The position numbers and the translations under genes are program-made. A stretch of DNA of 64,000 nucleotides, from assembly GCA_937950125.1 (NCBI GenBank), contig CALFEP010000305.1, positions 978 through 64,977 of the forward strand, in the 5' to 3' direction. Each line of letters begins with the position of its first letter. The stretch's first letter is position 1. Source of the stretch: an uncultured Bacteroidota bacterium (GTDB lineage: Bacteria; Bacteroidota; Bacteroidia; Bacteroidales; 4484-276). Below the pieces are notes generated by a model. It saw only the letters and a program-made list of their open reading frames with translations, had not been told where the DNA came from and ran no database searches. Shown piece by piece: positions 9,472 through 17,087 of this stretch.

Positions 9472-12400
9472 GTCAAACTCATCCGACCAAATCAACTCAT
9501 AATTTCCTGAACATTCAGGATAAGTGAAAGTGACGCCTTCGTCAGTATAAATGAAGTAAGACTTGCCGGGTTTCAGTACCGGCAAGGTATTTATTTCTTT
9601 GCCAGGCCAGTAAATTCCGATACCGGCTACCTCTTTAACTGCAACAACCTGTGGTAATCCTCCGAACAAGACAGCCGTATTTATATCACAGCTTGTTGTT
9701 ACAGGCACCACCGACCATCCCGCCGGGAGTGTGATGGTGCGTGATGCAACCTCATAGCCTGCAAAGGGAATTTGTGCGCCATTAATCATTTTAATGACGT
9801 AGCCTTTTTGTGAATCCCAGTTACCAAGTGTGTTTATGCCTTGTGAAGGTTGATAAATTCCGTCATCGCCATAGATAATTTCGATATCATTGGCAAAATT
9901 CCCAAACAACTCCTCAATACTGGTATTTGCCGGGATGACAAAACTCGAGATACCACTCCAGCCGGTTTGTGGCGAAATCAGCTGCAGCTGTGGCATTTCT
10001 TCTTCGAGCAACACCAGGTCATCAAAATAAAACTGACCGGGAATGAGGTGATTTTCACCACCCATTTGAATCACAAGCTGGTCGTAATCATCCCGGTTGG
10101 CAACGCTGCCAAAATCGAAGGTTAATGTCTGCCATTGGTCAAACGTAGTTACGGTCTGAAGAATTTCGGTTTGCGTTGTCCATGCATTTGGCCCCAGCAG
10201 GCTGTTTTGCAGTTTGATGGCTGCTGTGGTGGTCAAAGCTCCCGAATAATCGTTAGAAGACGGGAAATAAACCCTCATTTCGAAAACATGACGGTTGGTA
10301 AGGTTCATGCGATGATCGAGAATATTTTGGGCATTGGTGTAAAGAAAACCTCCCGACCGGTTGTAGTCAGCCACATGGTTGCCTGGATTTACAGGATCAG
10401 CAACAATCGATAGATTAACCAGGTCGGGGCTGTCCTGAAATTTCCAGTCAGTAATAGTAGCAAACCCGTCGTTCTCAAAATTATCCTGAATATCGCTTTC
10501 AAGAAGTGGTTTGTAGAGCGGTTCACCATTTGGCTGTGGCCCTTTGATATCGTCAAAATAGAAAACATTGGGTGTGGTGCTTTCAAAATCGAAAAACAGG
10601 ATGATGTTGTCATAAATGTCTGATTCTTCACCCGAAAAATCGAAATTCAGGCTTTGCCAGGTATTTACCAGCGTAACATAGGCCGACCTTTGCGTGTTCT
10701 GAGCCGGGTTGAGCGTGCTTTCAAGTTTCAATAAAACTTCGCACGTTACCGGCGAATAGATCGAAAACTGGAAATAATGGTCCACAGCAAAATTTACTGT
10801 AGAGTCAACAATGGTGAAAATGTTGGAATATGGCTCGGCTGGCCGGGATAATCTGCCAACGTTGGCACTAGTATTTATCCCTGAAGGATTTGGATTGGCA
10901 ACCACTTCAGGCGCCACAGGCCAGCCCGAAAATTCAACATTGACATTTGCGTCAAAGTCAGTATAGATGAAAGAAGGCTCGACGAATTCCGATACCACAA
11001 TGTATTCTGTTTTAGTCAGTTCATCACTGGTGAAAGGGTTGGATGCTTTGAGCTTAACGGAGTAAACCCCAGGAGTTTCATAAACGAAAAGAGGATTTTT
11101 AACGCTTGAATCGATAATTCCATCGTTGTTGAAATCCCATTTCCATTGGGTTATGTTTCCAAGCGAAAGATCGGTAAACTGCACAGCCATGGGTGTAAAA
11201 CCATTTCGCGGGCTTGCTGTAAAATTGGTAAGAATGCCCGAAGTTGAAGGCAGCAGAATGAAATCGTCGAAATAAAACTGCCCCTGATCGTTGTGGTTTT
11301 CACCCCCCAATTGTACGATAACCTGGTCGTAATTAACACTATCGGTGGCTGAGGTAAAAACAAAATCCAGCGTCACCCACTGGTCAAACTGTGTTACTGT
11401 CTGTACAATTTCGGTTTGCGTTGTGTAAGCATTCGCTCCAAGCAGGCTGTTTTGCAGTTTTACAGCAGCTGTAGGTGAAAGCCCTTTGCTGTAATTGTTT
11501 GATGAGGGGAAGTAAACCTTCATCCTGAATTTGTTACGCTGGGTCAATTTCATCCGGTGATCGAGGATAAACTGGGCATTGGTGTACAGAAACCCTCCAG
11601 ACCTGGCATATTCAGCCACATGATTAACAGGGTTCGTGGGATCGCTGGTAATGGTCAGGTTTACAAGGTCAGGGCTGTCCTGGAAGCGCCAGTTTTCGAT
11701 GTTTCCAAAACCATCGTCTTCAAAATTGTCGTTAATATCCAATGCCAGATATGGTTTTGGCTCCTGAAGGGTCGAAAAAGTCACGCTCTGGCCAGCAACC
11801 GGATTTCCCCCCTGATAACGGATAACTCCATCGTTTAAAGCAAGATAATATGTCTGTTCGTATTGCAGGCCACCGGTTGGAATAATGGTGATGAGTGTTT
11901 TTTGAGCGTTAATTGTACCCGTAAATGGCACAGAAGCACCTCCGGAGTTGTCCAGTTTCAATGTTACAATGGACGGAATATCTCCATTTGTAATGGCGCT
12001 TCCGTTGGTCTTTTCAACAGGAATTGTGAAGTTGAAAGTGGGATTTGTTGCTAACGGAATGTTCACCGATCCATTGGCAGGAGTTATGGTGAGGCTCCCC
12101 GTTCCCGGGTATTTCCAGAAATACAGGTTATCAAACCAGATGTCGCCGTTTCCTTCAGTTTTAAACTGAAAAACCTGTGAAAGATTTACTGGTGGTGAAA
12201 AGTGCGATAGTGGAATGTCCACACTCACCCATTGCTCAGGCTGGATGGTAAAAACATATTCTTTTTCCAATGGTCCAGGGCTGATGAGGTAAATTCCAAG
12301 ATCAGTTGAATTGGATGTCCAGAAATCAACATGCAGGAAGTCGTAGTCAGAAACATTCTGGCTGGTGAATTCGGTTCCCTGATAATTCAGGTTCTGATAG

Positions 12401-12744
12401 CGGAGTGTATTATTTCCTGCTACCACATAATTTACAGTAACGATGGTTTGTTGACCCCACCAGGGGTTGAAGTTCGTACCGGCAAGGTTTGAATATTGGT
12501 CACTGTAAACCGAAATGACATCTTCCTCAGCATGGGTTGGAACTGGTGGAACGGTTGATGGTTCGGGGCTTGCCAACGAAAAATTCACACTGTAGGTCAG
12601 GGTGTTAATCCCGTTTTGAGCGGTAACCACAACATTGGTGGTTCCTGGCAGCGAAGCAGCATTGTTGACAACAAAACTTGCATTTGGATCATTTGTAACT
12701 GCAGTCACTACCGGTACGGTGGTCGTCCCATAAGGCAATTCCAC
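9469..12744 (-). CDS. Segment 2 of 3 of the interrupted frame: a multi-module glycan-binding region
   Basis: The frame is actually open from 12786. The ORF-track start at 12744 is a GTG lying mid-domain. There is no signal peptide. Module order is rest of the cadherin-like module, X2, an Ig-like (SbsA/Big_5-type 'TPANGS.N') module, A module, PKD ('WDFNNDG...YSVKL'), X3, A module, GW/YWP-INT double module, then the first GH16 strand. Confidence 0.7.
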   Translation of the reverse strand: MELPYGTTTVPVVTAVTNDPNASFVVNNAASLPGTTNVVVTAQNGINTLTYSVNFSLASPEPSTVPPVPTHAEEDVISVYSDQYSNLAGTNFNPWWGQQTIVTVNYVVAGNNTLRYQNLNYQGTEFTSQNVSDYDFLHVDFWTSNSTDLGIYLISPGPLEKEYVFTIQPEQWVSVDIPLSHFSPPVNLSQVFQFKTEGNGDIWFDNLYFWKYPGTGSLTITPANGSVNIPLATNPTFNFTIPVEKTNGSAITNGDIPSIVTLKLDNSGGASVPFTGTINAQKTLITIIPTGGLQYEQTYYLALNDGVIRYQGGNPVAGQSVTFSTLQEPKPYLALDINDNFEDDGFGNIENWRFQDSPDLVNLTITSDPTNPVNHVAEYARSGGFLYTNAQFILDHRMKLTQRNKFRMKVYFPSSNNYSKGLSPTAAVKLQNSLLGANAYTTQTEIVQTVTQFDQWVTLDFVFTSATDSVNYDQVIVQLGGENHNDQGQFYFDDFILLPSTSGILTNFTASPRNGFTPMAVQFTDLSLGNITQWKWDFNNDGIIDSSVKNPLFVYETPGVYSVKLKASNPFTSDELTKTEYIVVSEFVEPSFIYTDFDANVNVEFSGWPVAPEVVANPNPSGINTSANVGRLSRPAEPYSNIFTIVDSTVNFAVDHYFQFSIYSPVTCEVLLKLESTLNPAQNTQRSAYVTLVNTWQSLNFDFSGEESDIYDNIILFFDFESTTPNVFYFDDIKGPQPNGEPLYKPLLESDIQDNFENDGFATITDWKFQDSPDLVNLSIVADPVNPGNHVADYNRSGGFLYTNAQNILDHRMNLTNRHVFEMRVYFPSSNDYSGALTTTAAIKLQNSLLGPNAWTTQTEILQTVTTFDQWQTLTFDFGSVANRDDYDQLVIQMGGENHLIPGQFYFDDLVLLEEEMPQLQLISPQTGWSGISSFVIPANTSIEELFGNFANDIEIIYGDDGIYQPSQGINTLGNWDSQKGYVIKMINGAQIPFAGYEVASRTITLPAGWSVVPVTTSCDINTAVLFGGLPQVVAVKEVAGIGIYWPGKEINTLPVLKPGKSYFIYTDEGVTFTYPECSGNYELIWSDEFD

Positions 12745-12786
12745 ATCATAACTCAGATCGGTTGGAGAAAATCCCGGAATGGTTGT

Positions 12787-12789
12787 TCA
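12787..12789 (-). other. In-frame TGA inside a cadherin-like beta-sandwich module, at the expected Gly position
   Basis: The minus strand reads CTA AGC AAC CTC TTG GTT AAC TGA ACA ACC ATT CCG GGA TTT TCT CCA, which translates L S N L L V N * T T I P G F S P. Confidence 0.95.
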
Positions 12790-13842
12790 GTTAACCAAGA
12801 GGTTGCTTAGTGTCGCATCAGTTCCCTGAGCAACGGGATTTTTCCAGAAATACCAGTTATCGAAAAATACCGTACCATTTCCGGTAACCTTAAACTGGAA
12901 AACGTTGGCAAGATTAACCGGGGGAACATAGGCTGAAAGGGGTATATCCACGCTTACCCATGAATTGTGCACAACAGGCAGCGTGTAGGACGTTTCTGCG
13001 CCCGGACTGATCAGGTAAAACTTCAGGTCAGTGGAATTGGATGTCCAGAAATCAACATGCAAAAAGTCGAATAACGAAACATTCTGGTTCATGTACTCAG
13101 TGCCTTGGTAATTCAGGTTCTCGTATTTGAGGGTGGCATTTCCGGCAGCCATGTAATTTACAGTTACAGAAGTTGATTGTCCCCAGTTGGGTGTAAAATT
13201 AGTACCGGGCAGGTTGTTGTAAACTTCGGTATAAATTGAAATGACATTGGCCTGGAGGTGCGAAGGGATTGGAGGAACCGTTGTTGGCTCTGGCAATGGG
13301 GGCGCCACCGTGCCATCGGGTACCCTTAGGTTATCAAAATAAATGATTCTGTCCTGTGTTCGCGGATCAAAGGTAAAATCGGGAATGACGATCACCCTGC
13401 TGTAGGTTTTACCAATGGACGCAGTAAAATTGTACGTCAGTTCCTGCCATTGGTTGACCAAAGTATTGGCGACGGCTAATTCAACCGCAGGGCTTAATCC
13501 CTCGAACTTAATGGTTACGTTGCTGACCACCGGTTTGTAAACCATAATTTTTACGATGCAGTTTGACGCATCAAATGTAAATTCGCCATCATCGTCGGTA
13601 TAACATAACGCCCAGGGGGCCCCGTTTTGCCTGACAGTGAATTTTGCTGCTTTTAAACTTGTGTTTATGCCCCCGATGACCGGGTTGGAAACGAATTCAA
13701 GCGGAGGATTGTTTCCGTTTTCAACCACAACCCAGTCCCAATCTGCCCCTGTTCCGGCAGGTTCAAAATCGATGTTGTGCGTGCTTTGCGCCAAAACATT
13801 GATGGTGAACAACAATAATAATGCAGGTAAAATTTTTTTCAT
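12787..13842 (-). CDS. Segment 1 of 3 of the interrupted frame: signal peptide, X1, X2 and the start of a cadherin-like module
   Basis: It starts at an ATG with signal peptide 'MKKILPALLLLFTINVLA|Q'. X1 and X2 are paralogous to the N-terminus of 5514-8660. It ends '...GTDATLSNLLVN' at the TGA. Confidence 0.8.
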   Translation of the reverse strand: MKKILPALLLLFTINVLAQSTHNIDFEPAGTGADWDWVVVENGNNPPLEFVSNPVIGGINTSLKAAKFTVRQNGAPWALCYTDDDGEFTFDASNCIVKIMVYKPVVSNVTIKFEGLSPAVELAVANTLVNQWQELTYNFTASIGKTYSRVIVIPDFTFDPRTQDRIIYFDNLRVPDGTVAPPLPEPTTVPPIPSHLQANVISIYTEVYNNLPGTNFTPNWGQSTSVTVNYMAAGNATLKYENLNYQGTEYMNQNVSLFDFLHVDFWTSNSTDLKFYLISPGAETSYTLPVVHNSWVSVDIPLSAYVPPVNLANVFQFKVTGNGTVFFDNWYFWKNPVAQGTDATLSNLLVN

Positions 13843-13908
13843 GTGTATTTGTGTTAATGATTAAATATTTTGTCTTGCGTTTGTTTTAAAAAATAAGACA
13901 GGTAAGCT

Positions 13909-13950
13909 AAAAAAATGCCAGCCCGGCAATACGACAGTGTAGCCGGGCTG
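13909..13950 (-). terminator. Rho-independent terminator after the 13956-16964 gene
   Basis: A perfect 9-bp stem, CAGCCCGGC (13919-13927) with GCCGGGCTG (13942-13950), is followed on the minus strand by T7 (A7 at 13909-13915 on the plus strand). Confidence 0.7.
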
Positions 13951-13955
13951 ATCAT

Positions 13956-16900
13956 TTATTTACTAACCAAAACCTTTGTTATGAAATACTCACCATGAAA
14001 AGTGTAAGCAATTAAAGTGTAAATCCCAGCCGGTAAATACCCTACCGGGATTTGTTCAGGAATTTGCTGGATACGGACCATCTGTTGTCCGGTAGCATTG
14101 TAAATTTCGATGTAAGATAAATTTTGTGCTGAGGAAATCTGAAGCACATCTGACACCGGATTTGGATAAACAGTAAGTAAGTCTTTTGGTTTTTCCTGAA
14201 CCGAGATGGAGGTATCGAGCAACCGGATGTCATCAAAATAAAACTGTGCTGTTTCCCAATGGCCTTCTCCGCCAAGTTGAACCACCACCTGGTCGTAATT
14301 CATGCTATCGGCAGCCTGGCTGAAATCGAAGGTGATGGTTACCCACTGGTCGAACGTCTGGACGGTTTCTTTTACTTCTGTTTGTGTAGTCCAGGCATTA
14401 GGTCCCAAAAGACTGTTTTGCAGTTTGATGGAAGCCGTAGGCGTAAGCGATCCCGTGTAATTGTTGGTAGAAGGAAAATACACTTCCAGTTCAAACATGT
14501 TGCGCTGGTGAAGATCCATGCGGTGGTTCAGAACAAATTGGGCATTGGTCCATTCAAAATTTCCTGAACGGTTGTAATCGGCTACATGGTTTGAAGGATT
14601 TAACGGATCGGTGACGATGGTCAGCGGAACAAACTCCGGGTCCTGAAACAGCCATTCGCCGATCGTGCCCCATCCATTGTTCTCAAAATTGTCCTGAACA
14701 TCAAGGGCAAGATAGGGCTTTACGGTGTTATTTTCGGTGGTAAAGGTAATGCTCTGTCCAGCAATCAGGTCAGCATTCTGATACCTGATAACCTCATGAT
14801 TCAGTGCAACATAATATGTTTGGCCGTAACTCAGGTCGTCAACCGGATTAATGGTAATAACCGTTTTTTCGGCATTGATGGTTCCGTTAAAAGGTACCAA
14901 TGGTCCACCGGCATCCGACTCCCTGAAAGTTACAATTGCAGCAATATCGCTGTTGCTGATGGCATTTCCGTTGGCCATGGTAACCGGTACAGAAAAACTT
15001 AAGGTAGGATTTATCGTAATTTCTATATTATTTGCTCCATTGGATGGAAAAAATGTGAGTGTGCCGTTTCCTGAAGCACCCATCAATTCGATGTCATCAA
15101 AATAAAACTGTGCAGGTTCAAAATGGCCTTCGCCACCCAATTGAACCACCACCTGGTCGTAATTCATGCTGTCTGCAGCCTGGCTGAAATTAAAAGTCAG
15201 GGTAACCCACTGGTCAAAATTCTGAACTGTTTGGATTACTTCCGTTTGCGTTGTCCAGGCATTGGGGCCTAACAGGCTGTTTTGCAATTTGACAGAAGTT
15301 GTGGGAGTGAGTGAACCTGTGTAATTATTGGTTGAAGGAAAATATACCTTTAACTCGAATTCATTGCGTTGATGAAGGTCCATCCGGGGATTCAGAATAA
15401 ACTGGGCATTTGTCCATTCAAAGCTTCCTGAACGTTGGTAGTCAGCCACATGATTTGATGGATTAACAGGATCTGTAACTATGCTGAGCGGTACTAAATT
15501 TGGATCTTGGAAAAACCATTCTTCGATGGTGCCCCAGCCACTGTTTTCAAAATTGTCCTGAACATCAAGGGCAAGATAAGGTTTTTGATCGTTTTCGGTG
15601 GTAAAAGTAACATTTTGCCCTGGTATCAGGTCAGCATTTTCGTACCTGATCACCTCATTATTAAGAGCCAGATAATACACCTGACCAAAGAGCAGGTCAT
15701 CAACCGGATCGATGGTAATAATGGTTTTTTCGGCGTTGATGGTACCCGTAAAAGGAACCAGCGGACCTCCTGCATCCGATTCCCTGAAAGTGACAATTCC
15801 GGCAATATCGCTGTTGCTGATTGCATCTCCATTGGCCATTGTTACCGGAACCGAAAAACTTAATGAAGGGCTAACAGTAATTTCCACATTCGTTGATCCA
15901 TTGGCAGGTGTAAATGTGAGAGTTCCATTGCCGGATGCACCCATCAGTTGAAGGTCATCAAAGTAAAACTGCCCCGGCTCCCAGTGACCTTCGCCACCCA
16001 ACTGAATCACCACCTGGTCGTAAATTGTACAATCGGCAACTGCTGCAAAATCAAACGAAAGCGTCACCCACTGATCAAATGCTGAAACATTTACCAATCG
16101 TTCTGTTTGGGTAGTCCATGCATTTGGGCCAAGCAGGCTGTTTTGCAGTTTGATGGCTGTGGTGGGAGTGAGTGAACCTGTGTAATTGTTGGATGAAGGG
16201 AAAAATACCTTCATTTCGAAAAGATTACGCTGATGGAGGTCCATCCTGTGATCGAGGATGAACTGGGCGTTGGTGTACTGGAAACTTCCCGAACGGTTAT
16301 AATCGGCAACATGGTTTGATGCATTAACAGGATCGGTGGTTATTGTCAGAGGTACCAGGTTTGGGTCCTGAAAAAACCATTCTTCGATGGTTCCCCATCC
16401 ATTGTTTTCAAAATTGTCCTGTACATCCAGTGCCAGATAGGGTTTGGGGGGTACAGCGCCGGCATATTCAGGCCCGGTTACATCATCGAAATAAAAGGTA
16501 TTGGGCGTGGTTGTGGCAAAATCGAAGAAAACTACAATTTTATCGTACAATCCCGACTGCCCGCTACTGAAATTGTAACTCAACTGAACCCAGGTGTTGG
16601 GTGTCGTTATATTGGCGCTTATCTCGGTGAATATCCCACTGTTGGTTTTATCCTCGAGTTTGAACAACACCTGACAGGCAATTGGCGACCATGCCTTAAG
16701 CATAAAAACAGTGCCTGTTGAAAAGTCAATTTTTCCATCCAACAGACAGTAAACATGCGCCCATTGCTCACCCGACCTGTCCCATTGTGCAACACCTGCA
16801 CTGGTGTTAATTCCGGATGGATCGGGATTTGCAATTACAACTGGTGTGTTTGGCCATCCCAGGAATGGCTCGTTCTGATTTGCATCAAAATCATTGTACG

Positions 16901-16964
16901 TGTATTGTGCATTAAGGTTTGCCACCATAATCAACAGCGACAAAAAGAATAGAAATTGTTTCAT
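13956..16964 (-). CDS. Repetitive secreted glycan-binding-type protein: X3, then (A module - Ig-like) x2, then A module, then T9SS CTD
   Basis: The signal peptide ends 'NLNA|Q'. Three A modules of about 167 aa ('KPYLALDVQDNFEN.GWGTI.EW.FQDP...QLGGEGH....QFYFDD') alternate with two SbsA/Big_5-type Ig modules. The CTD is 'VYPNPVSDVLQIS...GIYTLIAY'. Confidence 0.75.
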   Translation of the reverse strand: MKQFLFFLSLLIMVANLNAQYTYNDFDANQNEPFLGWPNTPVVIANPDPSGINTSAGVAQWDRSGEQWAHVYCLLDGKIDFSTGTVFMLKAWSPIACQVLFKLEDKTNSGIFTEISANITTPNTWVQLSYNFSSGQSGLYDKIVVFFDFATTTPNTFYFDDVTGPEYAGAVPPKPYLALDVQDNFENNGWGTIEEWFFQDPNLVPLTITTDPVNASNHVADYNRSGSFQYTNAQFILDHRMDLHQRNLFEMKVFFPSSNNYTGSLTPTTAIKLQNSLLGPNAWTTQTERLVNVSAFDQWVTLSFDFAAVADCTIYDQVVIQLGGEGHWEPGQFYFDDLQLMGASGNGTLTFTPANGSTNVEITVSPSLSFSVPVTMANGDAISNSDIAGIVTFRESDAGGPLVPFTGTINAEKTIITIDPVDDLLFGQVYYLALNNEVIRYENADLIPGQNVTFTTENDQKPYLALDVQDNFENSGWGTIEEWFFQDPNLVPLSIVTDPVNPSNHVADYQRSGSFEWTNAQFILNPRMDLHQRNEFELKVYFPSTNNYTGSLTPTTSVKLQNSLLGPNAWTTQTEVIQTVQNFDQWVTLTFNFSQAADSMNYDQVVVQLGGEGHFEPAQFYFDDIELMGASGNGTLTFFPSNGANNIEITINPTLSFSVPVTMANGNAISNSDIAAIVTFRESDAGGPLVPFNGTINAEKTVITINPVDDLSYGQTYYVALNHEVIRYQNADLIAGQSITFTTENNTVKPYLALDVQDNFENNGWGTIGEWLFQDPEFVPLTIVTDPLNPSNHVADYNRSGNFEWTNAQFVLNHRMDLHQRNMFELEVYFPSTNNYTGSLTPTASIKLQNSLLGPNAWTTQTEVKETVQTFDQWVTITFDFSQAADSMNYDQVVVQLGGEGHWETAQFYFDDIRLLDTSISVQEKPKDLLTVYPNPVSDVLQISSAQNLSYIEIYNATGQQMVRIQQIPEQIPVGYLPAGIYTLIAYTFHGEYFITKVLVSK
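14220..16445 (-). repeat. Intragenic tandem duplication with a period of about 861 bp (2.6 units)
   Basis: A modules start at residues 174, 461 and 749. The antisense shadow ORFs 14851-15105 and 15712-15951 are near-identical and offset by 861 nt, which shows DNA-level conservation. Confidence 0.85.
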
Positions 16965-17087
16965 TTTGGTTACGTTTAATTATTATTTATTCTAAAATAT
17001 TTTATTTTGAAAAATCTATCCATTAAGTGTTAATAATCAAATAATTGCCTTTTTATTAACTGCTTTAAGCTTATTTTTTCCCCCAAC

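Noticed and set aside
14851-15951. Plus-strand ORFs 14851-15105, 15712-15951, 14796-15002 and 15507-15863, which look like a conserved small-protein family.
   Set aside because: They are antisense shadows of the 861-bp intragenic repeat in the 13956-16964 gene. Their similarity simply mirrors the repeat.
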